64,000 bases of DNA from the human T2T-CHM13v2.0 reference genome, Homo sapiens: assembly GCF_009914755.1 (NCBI RefSeq), contig NC_060925.1. One strand, given 5' to 3'. Shown here piece by piece: positions 45,277 through 60,654 of this stretch. How positions within the stretch are numbered: position 1 is the stretch's first letter; each line of letters starts with the position of its first letter. A program made the position numbers and the translations under genes. The notes under the pieces are model-generated. The model searched no databases. It was not told the origin of the DNA and saw nothing but the letters and a program-made list of their open reading frames with translations.

Positions 45277-47747
45277 GTAAGCGGAACGGCTCTTAAAGGC
45301 GCAGTTTTGCTTTTGCCCTGAGGCGAGAGGTTGGAGGGAAATACCGGAGCGGCGAGGGGAGAGCAGAGATCACGAGGCGTGATCTGTGTGATACTGTGTT
45401 GTGTGTTGAGGGGTGGGGGGTGCCCTCGAAAGGCCACTCGTAAGTTCCAGGTGCTTGAGAGGGAGGGTTATTTTGCAATCTCAGACCCCGCGCCCCCTTA
45501 GGGAGTCTCCATCTGGGATCACTTTGGCCCCTGGGCTCCCGTCTGAACCCTACAAAGCAAAGTTTTCCACCCAGTCCGGAACCAGGCGCTTTCTAAGCTC
45601 CCTTCATTCTGGGAAGGGCAAGGGTCAGGAGTCTCCAGGGACCAAAGGACCCGAGAGTGTGGGGCCACATCGCTGCCTTGAAGGGCTTCCTGGGCTCTGG
45701 TGAACTTTCCAGAGCGGCAGGCAGGGGGTGGGAGGCCGGAGCCCTGGGAAGAACGTGGAAGGACACGTGAAGCCCTGCAGGTCCCAGTTCTGGGGGAGGC
45801 AGGGGTCTGGGGAATGCTGCTGCTTCTCTCTTTCCACCCCGGAAGACCAAAGGGGCAGTGCCCCCCTCCACCCCTCATCAACAGGCGACAGAGGGTTAAT
45901 GCAGCAGAGGGAAAGGAGGCTGGGTGGGGCCGGGGGGAGTGGGCGGTGACCTGTTGGGCTAAGGAGATGTGCCTTGAGGATTCTGCTGTAGTTGAGGGAC
46001 ACCATCAGGAATCTGAAATCCAAAATCGGGTCTGGACTGGAGGCCTCTGTTTTCGCCCTGTGGGGGGCGGGGATTCCCTGAAGGTGTCTGCAGACCTTGT
46101 GCTGGGTGGGAGTTGGGCTGCAGAAACAGTGAGGGGTTTTCTGTGCTGCAGGGTCAGCACCCTCCTAGGCACCAGCCCTGCCTCTCTTCATTCTCTCTGG
46201 GCACCTCCCGGCAGTCGGGGTGGGAGGATTGACACTGTGGGAGTGAGAGGCCCTGGAACCTCTTCCGCGCTATCTGCTACTGTCTCCCCTTCTTCCCCAC
46301 CCCTAGCCCAGCCCTCGGCAGTTCCCCAGCTGTAGCCTGGGCCCTGTGACTCACTAACACCACCGGCTTGCCCCTCCTGTGTCAGCACCCAGTGAGCTTC
46401 GGCATGTTCGCGTGGCATTCCCCACCCGGGCATGGGCATGCAGCACATTCCTGGACACGGGCCTGAGAGGATGCCTGGAGCGCCTGGTGGACTGGCACGT
46501 CCTCAGAGATCCCCTGCCTTTAGCCTGGCCTTGGGAGGGGCCTGGGAAAACGGTGCTGAGGGTGCTGAGGGTCGGTGGAGTACAGGGCGACACTGGCTCC
46601 AGGTCCGGGTTTGCATCCTGAAGGCGTTCCAGAGAGAGGGTCACCTTGCCACAGCAAAGCTGCTATCTCGGGTTACCCTTTCCCAGCCACCTCTTGTGCA
46701 GCTGAGGAGGCTGTGGGGCTGACCCCTCCCCCACCCTTAATCTGGGGTGTACCTGACCATTGGGTTCCCAGGACTCTCCCCACTGGGTCCCCAGGACTCT
46801 CCCCATACCCTGCCAGGAGAATGGAAGAAGCTCTCCACGCGTGCCAGAAGAAGTTCTTCCCAAACTTATCGGGGGTGCCAGAGGCAGAGTAGACAAGCCT
46901 TAGTGGCCACCATTTGTTGAATATCTACTGTGCGCCAAGCAGTGCGTCACAACTTTATGAAGTAGGTATTATTATCATCCCCATTTTACAGGTGAAGAAA
47001 CTGAGTCTCTGAGAGACCAACTTTTCCAAGGTCACACAGAGGTGGGATCCAGCCCACTTCCGTCTGACCCCAAGCCCCTGCTGTTAACCCCTGCCCCATT
47101 GTGGGGAGGTTCCGGCCCACTCTGGAGTTCTCTGGTCTGCGTCAGTCCTCAGGAGAAGAAAGAATGGGGGTGATGCTCCAAATATTGAGGCTCCCATCTG
47201 TCTGTCCTGCACTAGGCAGAGCCAGGCTTCTCCATGGGGCACAGGAGAGAGGGCACCAGATCTGAGGAGCAAATAGGTTCTTGGTCTGAGATCTCGTGGG
47301 ATCAGGTTGCCAGCCCTGCAAACCCCCGCTCAGGTCTAGAGGACATGGAGCTGCCTTTCAGGGTGCATTTGCTTCCTCTACAGACTCGGACTCTGTCCTC
47401 TGCCTACTTGGGCCGTCCCGCACTCGGGAATGCGTCCTACACTGTAGGGCAGAGCCCGGCTTGACTCTTCCCGGTTCCTACCCTAACCAAGCCTCTACTT
47501 TCTGGGATCACCCTGTTGGGACTTTTGTCCAGCATCTCCATCTACCTGTCCTCTGATTCCTTCTGTTCTTCTCTAACTGAGCTTGAGAACTAAAGGGGAG
47601 GGCAAACTTCTGGCCTTGGTGGAATCCAGCTCCAGCATATAGTAGCTATGTGACCTTCCCCTCACTAGCACACTCGTGAATTTCTCCCAGCATCCGTTCC
47701 CTCATCTGTAAAATGAGGATCATAATAGAGGGCTGTTATAAGATTTA

Positions 47748-48064
47748 GGCTGGGTGCGGTGGCTCACGCCTGTAATCCCAGCACTTTGGGAGGCCGAGGT
47801 GGACGGATCACGAGGTCAGGAGATCAAGACCATCCTGGCTAACATGGTGAAACCCCATCTCTACTGAAAAAAAAAAAAAAGCACAAAATTAGTCAGGCGT
47901 GGTGGCAGGTGCCTGTAGCTACTCGGGAGGCTGAGGCAGGAGAATGGCGTGAACCCGGGAGGCGGAGGTTGTAGTGAGCCGAGATTGCACCGCTGTACTC
48001 CAGCCTGGGCGACAGAGCGAGACTCCGTCTCAAAAAAAAAAAAAAAAAAAAAAAAAAATAATAA
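47748..48064 (+). mobile_element. AluY inside a MIR
   Basis: GAGATCAAGACCATCCTGGCTAAC and GAATGGCGTGAACCCGGG; long A tail. Confidence 0.92.
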
Positions 48065-49006
48065 TGCACAGTGCCTGGCATGTAGCAGAGACTAAATAAC
48101 TGGTAGCTATAGTGGTTGGTGGTGCTTGTTTGGAAAGGGAATTTCCTGGTGATTGCACCAGGGCTGGTCTAGAGACCAAGGTAGATTTTCCCAGCCCCAT
48201 CAGGCCAAGCCCTTAGTTAGACAGAATCTTTACTGCTCTTCCAGGTTAGGGAGGAGGGCTCTGTGTAAGAGAATGGTGGTGGTGGTAGGGGAATGGGTTG
48301 GATGGAAATCTTCCAGGAGGGGCCAGGAATCTGTGCTGTGGGGGCCCTACCTTCTGGCAGTTATGAATGAGGCAGGCACTGGGAGCTGGAGAGGCAGCAG
48401 TCTCTTGCTCTGAGGGCCCTCTGGCAGCGCCTTCTTTCCCTGAGGTAGGAGGACCCTCCCCTGGTACTTAATTAATTGCAGTCCCTGTTCTGCTCTGTTG
48501 TTCAGGGTGAGTGGCTGGCCTGGTTCCAGGCCCACCTGATTAGCCCACCTTTGGCAATAAGTCACATTTCTCTTCCTCGGCTCTGTGTCCCACCATAACC
48601 CCTTACGTCCCCTTCCCTGGACTTTTCACCTTTGCCCTCCAGGCATTCCCTGCTGAGTGGGCACTTTCCCACATCCAGGGGGTGGGAGCAGACCAAGGTT
48701 AATCTTGTCCTGGCTCCCACAGCTGCTTACACACACACAGCTGCATGCACATGCACACACAGGCTGGGCTCACAACAGCTCAGGCCAAGGGTCTGGGATC
48801 CAGGATCACTACAGAGCTGGTAGCTGGGCCTGGCTGGAGCTGGCCAGTGGTTCAGCAGCAAGTCTGGAAGAGGAAAAGCCGTGGGCGCATCTCCGCCAGA
48901 CCTCCTGTCTGAAAGAGAGCCCATCTGCTCCTAGAATCTCCACAGCTACATCTGCAGAGGAGGAGGGGTAGTGAGGCAAGTGTGAGGTTTGGTTTTAAAC
49001 TGAAAA

Positions 49007-49705
<699 letters not shown>

Positions 49706-50185
49706 CTACCCCCACCATTAAATAAAAGTCTTCCCTAGAAATGGTGGAGTCGGGATAGACAAGATGACCCAATAATGGCTGGCTGGTGCACTCATCATTA
49801 TTTATATGTTGAGTGTATGTCTCCTGTCCACCATGGGTGGAGGCAATTTATGGACTTTGGGGTCAGTTCAGATTCTGCCTCTTCCACTCAGTAACTGGTT
49901 GCCTTAGGTTAAGTAATTTGCTCACCCAGGTTTCAGTTTCCTCATTTATAAAATAGGAGGATAATACTATTATCTCATGTGATTGCGAGGACTCCAGTGA
50001 GATAATGTCCACCTAGTAGCTCTTTGCTTTACCTGATGTCATTATCAAGGGGTGGTGGCAGAGTTAATGGGCTACATTTGGTAGTTCTCAGTGCCTTTGG
50101 CCCCACTTGATATTTTTTTCTGAAATCAGGGTCCCTGCAAACATCAGGGATCAGCCCCCAAATTGGGAAGAGAACTCTATTCTTA

Positions 50186-50567
<382 letters not shown>

Positions 50568-51483
50568 TTACTGCCCTCACACCTTGCTTCCCTAAAGAAG
50601 CCTGCCCTTTTCTGCCTGGGGAGTCTCCTCAGGAACCAGACCTTCTTCTCTTCTCTGGCCCCAGCCACCCAGCACCCTGGGCTGCGGGGTGACCAGCCCA
50701 GGAGGTGACAGGGCTGTCCTTCCCACATCCTGGCAGGACCCACTGCCTGGAAGCAGGTGGGCGGTAGGTGTTATGCTAGAGGGCATCACTCTTGACAAAG
50801 CAGCACTGGCTCCCAAACTCTGCCTGCAACATGGGATGAGCCCAGGAAAGGGGTCACAGAGCCCCTCCCTGATCCTGCCGTGGAGCCCAGCTGGCAGCAT
50901 CCCCTGCCGTGGCTGGGCTGGGTGCCATGTTCTGTGTGGGTGCCAAACCTGGCATGGCTCCTTCCCAAGGAAGGTGGCCCTTGGGGATGCTGTGACTTTC
51001 TTGGCTGTGGTGACCAATAAAGGGAGTGCCATCTCTACGCAGGCCCATGCAGTCCCTTCCAACCCTGCACAAAGTCAGAAGCCCAAAGTGTGGTCCCAGC
51101 TCTGCCCTGTCACCCTCAGTGGCCTCGGGCAGATCGCTCACCTTTCTGAGTCTTGCCTTCTTTGCCTGAAACATGAGGGTGCAGACCAGGGGATTTCCAA
51201 AGGCCCCTCTGAGGCTGCTGGTCTGAGGCTCCGACTTTTGCCTGTCCTGCTAACAAGGTGAGCTGTGTGCTGGGGTCCCAAGAGGGGCTCAGCCTCCTGT
51301 TCCTCCAAACTGTAGAGCCAGGGGCTTGCCCCAGCTGATGGCTGGGTACCTGGTCCCTGCCATGCTGAGATGGGCAAGGAAATCCTGGAATGCCTCAGCC
51401 CTGTCAATTAGGAGGAGAACAACTACCTCGCAAAGAAATGGATGCTGGATTCAAACACTACACAGGCACTGGATGCTCAAGGC

Positions 51484-51814
51484 TAGGGGTTGGCAAACCA
51501 TGGCTCTTGGCCAAGTCCCGACAGTTTTTGTATGGCCCATGAGCTAAGAATGATTTTTACATTTTTAAGCAGTCGGTAAAAAGTCAAAAGAAGAAAATAA
51601 AGTTTTGTGACCCTTAAACATTTTATAAAATTCAAATGTTAGTGTTCATAGTAAAGTTTTACTGGTGTGAGGCCAAACTCATTCATTTACATCTTGCCTG
51701 TGGGTGCTTTTGTGCTGCAAAGGCAGAGTGGCAGAGTGGCGACAGAGACGATGGCCCGCAAAGCCTAAAATAGTGGCTGTCTGGCCTCTTACAGAAAAGG
51801 TTTGCTGACCCCTG
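51484..51814 (-). mobile_element. MER58B
   Basis: TAGGGGTTGGCAAAC ... TTACAGAAAAGGTTTGCTGACCCCTG terminal inverted repeats. Confidence 0.82.
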
Positions 51815-52153
51815 CTCAAGATAATCATAGTTCTCTCCAGGCCTTGCACTAAACTGCTCCAGGATCTCAATCTAAAAGTACTTTCTTTTCATTTAAAAAG
51901 AAGTGTTGCTATTTTCTTCTTATGTAAGCAATAAATGTTCATTATGGAAATATTAGAAGATGCAGATAAGCAAAAAGAAGACATTAAAATCACCCATAAT
52001 TCTATCACCCAGGAATAACTACTGCTGGTGTTTTGACTTACCACCTTCTGGGTTATCTAACAGTGTGCTGTGTTTATATGTGCATGCCTGTGACACATGT
52101 GTATATCCTGCATACGTACAGCTTTTACAAACTGTACACATCTGTCCTCTTCA

Positions 52154-52559
<406 letters not shown>

Positions 52560-55500
52560 CTACAGATCTGGAGTCATCAGCACGCGGGTGGTGGTTTCCA
52601 CTTCGGGAGGGGATGAGGTCACCCAGGAAGCATGCCCAGAGAGGAAGAGCAAAGGGCCAAAGAGAGAATTGTGGGAGTGTTGACATTCAAGGGACAGGTA
52701 GAGGAAGTAAGTCCACCAGACCCGGGAGGAAGGAAGAAGCAGGAGGAGACCCAGGCAGCCAAAGGGAGTGGAATCCGAGGCCCAGGGCCCAGGACAGTGC
52801 CTGGCGCTGAGCAGGTGCTTGTGAAATGAGTGAGTGACTTTGAGGAGGCTGAACCCTGGTGAGTGAGTGACACTGATAAAAGACATTTAGAGAACAGTTG
52901 AACAACTATGAGATGTTCAGAGGCCTGGGGGAGGCCATGCAGGCCAAGGAGGCCTCCTGGGCCCAGCCTGGTGGGAGGGAGGCCATGCGGAGTGTGAGGA
53001 GGGAGAGGCGGGGCAATCCAAGTGACCAGAAGCTGGGAGCTGGTCAGAGGAGCCCAGTGGAGTTCTTGGCGGTGACATGAAGCTGCTTTTTTTAAGCTAG
53101 TCTCTCAGATTGGAATGAGGAAAGTTGGAGACGACCAGCCAGGGGTTCTTGTCAGAATGTGGGCACTGGGCGGCGTGGGCCAGCTGGTGGGGGTGGAGTA
53201 TAAATAGGAATATGGTTTAGAGATGCTGGGAAATCCTCCCCATTCCCTCCCCCTCCTGAGACTGAGAGGTCCCCAGGGATGCCAGGCTCAAAGGCCCCTG
53301 CAGTTCTGTTGCCAAAGTTGGGCATGGAGAGAAACCCAGAGACAGGACTGAAGGTCCCATGACAGGCCAGCAGGAGAGCTGGACACGGGATATCTGGCTG
53401 AGAGAGGGCTATTGGGTGGGTGAACTCAACACTCTTCTTTTCTTCTCCAATTTATTGTGTAAAAGATGGTAGGCACCAGTTTCTGTGCCAGAGCAAGTGG
53501 AGAGGAAACAAGCTGTTTCCTCTGGTATTTAAGGAAGACCTAAGGAAAGGTTCCAGACTTTGGGATCTCAAAAACACAGGACAGTTGGGGAAGGACCTTC
53601 CTTGAGTGTCTTTAAAGAGGGCTGATAAAAGGAGCAGAGAGGGCTCCTCTGGCTGGGAGAGTAAGGCGGGCTTTCTCTGGAGGCAGGAGGATGGGGGAGA
53701 TGGAGGCCAGGCCTATCCTGGCCCTTGCCCCTTGCTCTGGTCTCTGATCTGGGATGTTCTGTACGCCCAGGACCAGAACTGACAGAAGGGCTCCTTGTCC
53801 CATCTTATCACTTGGACATCCTGAGCCTCCTCAGAGAGTGCAGACCAGCTTTAGCTGGGCCCCCAAAAAAGGTCAAAAGGAAAATACCAGAAGATGCAAT
53901 ATGCACCTCTATTCCTTAAGCCTCAGGAAGCCAGAGAGCAGCAGGGTGGACATCAGTAGGACTGAAGTGGAGCCACACAGAGGGGCTAGATAGGAGGTCG
54001 TGTGGGGTCAGAAAGGGTCATCTGTAGGGGTCAAGGCCAACATCTGAGCCTGAGTAGTGCACCTGCCCTACAAGGCTCTGAGAATCTTCCCTGAGTGATA
54101 GAGCCAGGAAGAGGGCCACAAGCCCCTCCGAACCCCTTCCCCACAGCCCTGGAGGCCCTAGCTCAATGCATGTTGCAGGAGGAACTTCTCATTCGGGTTC
54201 TTCTCATTCCAGTCCACCCCTCACTGTAGGATGGTGCCTCCAGCCCAAAAACCTCCACAGACCTCACTGGGGGAGTAATTGCTGGGCAGGACACTGCCCC
54301 CACTGCCTCAGCCCATCTCCCGCTGCTGTTGGGCCACATGCTGGCTAGAGGAAGAGGGTCAGGTTTCAGCTGAGGCCTCGAGTCCAGCTTTCATATTTCA
54401 TTTGCTGGTCATTTGAGGGCTCACTTTGTCTCAGGCTTTGGGTCAGGCTCTGGGGGTGCAATGACGAGTCACGCCACAGTGCTTGCCCTTAAAAAGCCCA
54501 CAGGCAAACTAGGGAAATGACAAGTAAACAGTTACAGGACAGGGAGCCAAGTGCCCTGCCTTGGGATGTCAGAAAGCTGTGGGAGCACAGAAGAGGGACC
54601 ATCACCTGGCTGGGGACAGTGGAGTTTCGGGCTAGAGGAGATGCAGAGGTCCCCATGGCAGGATGAGTAGCACGTTGTTGGTTTCTCCCTAGTCCCCCAT
54701 CCATCTGCTTGGGTACCAATCCCTGTATTCCTGTTCCCTCTGAAACCCAAGAAAACTGAGGAGGAAGCATGCCCCGGGGAGTCTGGGGCTGGGTGACTGG
54801 ACAGTCTAGGCTTACTCTAGTGTGCCCAGAAAGAGGACAGGGCCAGGCCCACCCCAATCATGCTCAAGTCTAACTAGGACAGGAGATGGCCTAATGAGAA
54901 GATACACCTAGAAACAGGTCCCTGGCCTGCCTGAAAGTGGAAGGAAAGGCACCAACATTTATTGCACGTGGCAGTGTGTCCTGGATCTTAAAGGTGACTA
55001 AGATACAGTCTTTGTCCTTGAGGGATCTAATGTTTCCATATCTGTAGAGGAAAGAGGTTTAAACAAGTCATCATGAAGCAGTGGCTCGATGGCCTCATTC
55101 AGTCACTTGTTCATTCGTTCCACAAATGCTGAGTACCTGGTGGGCTCCTTACTCTGTGTAAGGCATCAGGGAAACAAAAATGTTAAGGCCCCATTCTTGT
55201 CCTGAAGGATCTCACAGTCTAGTTATGAGTGTGTGCTGGCTGCTCTGGAAGGGACAAGGAGGAAGCATCTCATTCTACCTAGAGGAAGAAGGTGTGGTCA
55301 TGCACAGTCTCCCAGGGGAAGTGACCCATGAGTTGAGTTTGGGAGTGGTTTTACCGAGGGAAAAATTGAGGAAGGGCATCCCAGGCCAAATGATTGCAAA
55401 GCTGTGGGGTGTGAGTGGAGTTTGCTCTGGGAATGCCAGGTACATTTGATAAAACCAGACCTTCTGGGGAGGGGTGAGAGCTGAGGCTCAAGAAGACAGG

Positions 55501-55571
55501 GATCCAAAAGCCTGGTCTGCCAGGCCCTGGAATTTGAACTTTTTCCTGAAGGCAGTGTTAGCTTTGAAGGA

Positions 55572-55874
55572 TTTTTTTTTTTTTTTTTTTTTGAGATGGA
55601 GTCTCGCTGCAACACCCAGGCTGGAGTGCAGTGGCGCCATTTTGGCTCACCGCAAACTCTGCCTCCTGGGTTCAAGCGATACTCCTGCCTCAGCCTCCCA
55701 AGTAGCTGAGATTACAGGCGTGTGCCACCATGCCCAGCTGATTTTTGTATTTTTAGTAGAGACAGGGTTTCACCATATTGGCCAGTCTGGTCTTGAACTC
55801 CCGACCTCAGGTGGTCCACCCACCTTGACCTCCCACAGTGCTGGGATTACAGACATGAGCCACCGCGCCTAGCC
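55572..55874 (-). mobile_element. AluS
   Basis: T21 tail; TSD CTTTGAA..GATTTTT. Confidence 0.9.
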
Positions 55875-57919
55875 ACTTTGAAAGATTTTAAATGGGCAAG
55901 CGACATCATCAGAAAGCAGCTGAGAAAGTTAAGTCTAGGACGCTGATGGCAGTTGGATTGGAGGCCAAGTATTATTCTCAATTAGCAGCAAGGAAACTGA
56001 GGCATGGGGTGTTTTTTCAGGTCACAGCTACTAAGTGGGGTTTCTTCCATGACACCAAACTGCAGAGAATTTTGGAGAGCAAGGCTAGACACCGTGTGTT
56101 CCTCACTGCAGGACATTTCTGATTGGAGTGAGACTCTAGGAGACAATGGCGTATTTGTCTGGAGCAAGGGCGACCCTGATCCCCACTTTGCCTCCTGAGC
56201 AGACATCCAACAGGTTTGCCCAAATTGCTCCCGGAAGGCCTTCCCCGCCTACTTCCTGCATTCCAAACAGAGGCTGTGGGAATCCTCTTGGAGCTCTGGG
56301 ACTGTCCAGAGCATCTGTTTGTTGGCAGGGTGACTGCAGGCCTGGCTATCCTCATTTCTGGCCACTCTGAAGGTTTCAGGCCTGCAGCCTCTCTCATCCA
56401 GGCTGGGGCAGGGCAAGGTTGTGAGGAGGCCCCAAGGCTTCTGCTGCTGACGCCGCCACAGCTCCAGGCAGCTAAGGGGTGACTGGCTTCCCCTGAGGTT
56501 TGTCCCAGGCTCCTGGAAACTAAGGCCTCCAGCTGTGCAGAACAGGGTCAGCTGGAGGATGAAGGAAGAGATGGTATCTGCAGGCTCCCAGCAGGCACAG
56601 TTCTCCCTGGGAGGAGGGAGTGTCTCTGAGGTCCTAGCTCATGACGTCTGCAAACTTGGTCAGCCATGGCCTCTAGTTCTTTGAAATTCACCCAAGGGCC
56701 AAAGTGGCTGAGTGACCGAGGCAGGGGCAGGGACTGGGAGATAGGGTGTCATAGGGATCCTGGCTGGTGGTCAGCCTTCGTGACTGAAGGGAAGACCCTC
56801 TGGGCTTCAGAAAGTGGGCAGCCACAAGTTACGTCCCCCAACCCCTGCCCCTGGGCCCACAGAGACCAAGATTGAAAAGAAAAGCAAACAAAACAAAAAG
56901 AGGGACTTGGGGATGCATCTAACATGTGCCTGGAACACAGCAGGTGCTCCACATGTGCCTGTAAAGCAGACACATGCCTGCTGTATGCCACCAGCACCAG
57001 GCATAGAGACCAACGTGCTCCAGATGAGGGAGACAGGTGAAAAGTCACGCCCCATTGAAGGAGGGGCACCTGGTGGTCCTGGGGGTGGGGTGGAGTGAGT
57101 TCCAGGAAGCTCCTGAAGGCCCCAGAGACTTGTACAGCATGCAGGGGCAATGAAGAGGGGCAAAGCCAGAGACGAAGGGGCCCCAGATCTTGAAGGGCCT
57201 TTGGGTGCAGGCTGGGGAATCGGGGCTTTGTTCAAGAGGAAGGCAAAGAGGCTTCTTGAAGGGGTTTGCTGAGAGAAGACTCCAGTCCTGGCCCCAGGAG
57301 CTTGAGAAGTGAAGCTGACTTTCCCGCCCTCCAGTCTACAGCATCCCAGATTCCTGGGATGCTCTGTCAACCTCCTTCTCCACCTCCATGGTCTCCAGGT
57401 CAAGGTCTCTCAGGGGTCCAGCCCCAAGGCAGGTATTAGGTCTGTGGCCTGGCACAGGTTGTCCCAGCAGTCAGTGGGCTGGGAATCTGCCCTGTCTGGA
57501 CACTGGGGCCCTGGGGCTGGCCTGGCCTGCTCTGTGGAGCTTTCTTTCCTCCTAAGAGAGAAGATGGGGCTTGTCTGCCAGTAGCCGGGGTTCCCTGCCT
57601 TGCACGGGCCCCACCCTGCGTGGCCCTGCAGTTGTCTAAGTAGGGGGGACCCTGCCTCCCTGGCCCTTCTCCCCCTCACATCTGCCAAGAGATGATCCTG
57701 CTCCCTGTCTCCTGGCCCTCTTCCATCCTGGGATCCAAAAGCACCTTGCAATAAGGAAGTCTGCAGGGATGTTTGATGAAGTTTATATGAGGACTCTTTT
57801 TGTCTGGGCAGTAGCTTGAGAGAGGAGAGCCAAGCTTTGCTGGACATCTTCCCTGTGCCAGTGGTGTGTTGTGTTGGCTCACCCAGCATGTTTGCTCAGA
57901 TACCACTGTACGTTGAAAA

Positions 57920-58789
57920 TGTCACCTGCCCAACATCCAACTCCTGGTCTTCCCACTGAAACCACTACTCCCAGAATGCCTTGTCTCCTCCAGTGACTGT
58001 TCTATCTCTCCACTCCGGCTGCTTGGCGAAAACCCTGCTGCAGAGTCATGCTTGACTCTTTTCTCACCCACAACATACAATCCATCTGCAGAGCTCTTTG
58101 CCTCCACCTTCAAAATATAGCCCAAATCCAGCCACTTCTCACCATCTCCACTGCCCCCCGCTGGTCCCAGCCACCATCAAGCTCTCTCCCCTGGGCCTCA
58201 GCAGCAGCCTCCTGCCCGGGCTCCCTGCTCTCCCCTTGCTCCCCTTGTCTGTTCTCAACACAGCAGCGTGTTAAAGCCTCAGTGTGATCATGTCACTCAT
58301 CCGTTCAAACCCTCCTTACCCCTCGAGGCCCAACACAGCTGCTCCGCACTCCCATCCAGCATCTTCTCCAGCCACATCATTGTCCTGCAGTGAACCAGAC
58401 TTACTTCTGCCTCAGGACCTTTGCCCCTGCTGTTCCCTTGTTGACCTGCTTCTCCCAGACCCTGCATGACTGACCCCCTCACCTTACACCTACTCTGGAT
58501 TTCTCCTGAGATGTCACCTGCTTCTTGGGGAGGCCTTCTTGACCACCCTACTTAAACTTGCAACTGCACTTCCCACACCTTCCCTCTTCCCTGCATGAAT
58601 TCCCATCATTGCACTTGTCACCATCCATCATACTGTGTATTCATTCTGTCTATTGTCCGCACCCCCCTACCCCTGTTAGAAAGTATTAGGAAAGGAATTA
58701 ATGTCTGTTTCATTCATCTGTGGATTCTCAGGGTCTACAACAGTGCCTGGCATGCAGCAGGTGTTCAATAATTGTTGAATGAATGAATG
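57920..58789 (+). mobile_element. L2 3' end
   Basis: CAAATCCAGCCACTTCTCACCATCTCCACTGCC ... AACAGTGCCTGGCATGCAGCAGGTGTTCAATAATTGTTGAATGAATGAATG. Confidence 0.82.
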
Positions 58790-59824
58790 GAGCCAGGGGT
58801 GAGAGGGGTTTTATCACGTCATTGCGATTCCATAGCCTGCTAGTGGTAGCACCAAAGTTTGAAACTGAGTTTGTTTGGCACGCAGTTCAGAGTAGGAGAA
58901 AACAGTCAAGCCTGGGCCACAGGGAAGGGGCAAGGGCGGGGAGGGCTCCAGGTAGGAGAAGAAAGGAGCAATATGGTCACGTTTGTGCACTTGGCAACAA
59001 CCAGGAAATTGCTGCGTGATTCTGGGCAAGCCATTTCCCCTCTTGGATGTTCAGCATCTTCACTGGGCAAGGGATGGGGATGGAGGCTGTGTGAGCGTCT
59101 TCCCCTGTTAACATTCTGGGAGGCCAGCCCTGCTCACTGGGGGCACAGTGGCCTCTGGCAAGTGCTGGCTTTCTTCCCAGCCTGGCTCCTCCTTCCTCCT
59201 TCTGTGCCACCCATGGCTCTGGCACCAGCAGGAGGTTCTGGGCCGGCTGCTGTGTCCCTGGGAAGAAGCAACTGGAGCTGGCTGAGCTTTATGACTTACC
59301 TGGGCAGGGAGGTGGGAGGGGAGGTTGGCTGGGGTCTGCCTGCCCACCCTGCAGCTCCTCAGTGGGACTCTGCTCCTTCAACTTCCTCCACCCCCCACTG
59401 CCGGGCCAGTATCCCTGGACACTCATCGCCCTCTTCCCCTGGCACCAATTGCACGGGGACAGCCCCAGATGGCTCCTTGGTCTGGGGACAAAGGCTGTGC
59501 TGTGCCTGGCCCCGGGCTGGCCTCAGGCTGGTCATACTGAGCCCTTCTGTCCCCACTTGGGGGTGAGGGGTAGATAGCACTAAGGTGACAGGCCTTTTTC
59601 CTGTCTCCCTTCCCCCTCGACCCCCAAATCTGAGGAGCTGACTCTCCCAAGGGAAAAATGACAGAGGCATCTTGTGTCTTGACCTAGGGAACAACAGACT
59701 ATTCACTGCCCAGTCTGCCCTGTCACACCCAAGACCCTGCTGGGTTCAATGCCCTGATTGTCCCCAGCAGAGAGAGACATCCACTCTGCTGTGGTCACCA
59801 CCCCCACCGCCTGCTCCCCTGTCA

Positions 59825-59938
59825 CCATCAGGAAGTCCACCCTACATCTGACCTCCATCCTTCCATCAGGAAGTCCATCCTACATCTGACCTCCATCCTT
59901 CCATCAGGAAATCCATCCTACATCTGACCCCCATCCCT
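59825..59938. repeat. 38-bp minisatellite x3
   Basis: Unit CCATCAGGAAGTCCAYCCTACATCTGACCTCCATCCTT at 59825, 59863 and 59901. Confidence 0.92.
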
Positions 59939-60654
59939 TCTGCTGCTGTGACAGCCACTTCCTCTCAGGCTCCTGTCCTGCGGGTGGAGAACAGCTGGTC
60001 CCCATCGCCTGCACTGCTTGGCCCCACATTCCTGCTCCAGTCAGCTGCCTCTGGCCTCACCCTTCCTCCAGCTCCCAGCCCCACTGTCCTCCCCACCCCA
60101 GGCACAGGCTGGTGGCTCCTTGCTCCTCACTGAACCTTAGGGAGAGCAGGTGTGACTCAGGGCTGAATCTCTTTTGTCTTGCAGAAATGGGGGGCCTCCT
60201 TCCCGGAGGCTTTTAATGAGCTCCCCTCCCCTCACCCTACAAGCAAGAGCAAGGGTGTGAGATTTATGGTTGCTACTTGTAGATTCCTGAGCCGCAAATC
60301 CAACATGCCATCCCATAAATCCCAGACTGCAGGACGGTTTTATGGGGAAGCCCTGTTTTTAGAAAGGGGTGTGGCTGGTCTCCCTCCTGGCAGAGCTCAG
60401 ACCTCAGGGAGCCAAGTGCCTGCCTCTCCCCACCCCCAGAGAACAACCATGACAAAGCACGGGGACATTGGGGACATCAGTTGGTGTGGTGGAGATGCAC
60501 TGGCTTCCAGGACAGAGAGACTTCCTCTCCTGTGGGGGGCCTCCTGCTTCCCTTCCCTGCTCTGAGGATCCCCCGTCTCAGCACAGGAGGGTGGCCTGGA
60601 AGCCTGGGCAGATAATTGTCCCTGACCTGGACCTTAGATGTTTTCCTGGTCACC

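Larger units (their letters stand above)
44860..45400 (+). promoter_or_regulatory. CDK18: CpG-island promoter of CDK18
   Basis: The densest CpG segment in the window. GC boxes GGGCGGG (~44926) and GGGGCGGAGT (44940-44949), a pyrimidine-rich start region, then strong splice donors. Confidence 0.88.

Noticed and set aside
59825-59938. CRISPR-like array
   Set aside because: Head-to-tail tandem units with no spacers, in eukaryotic DNA.
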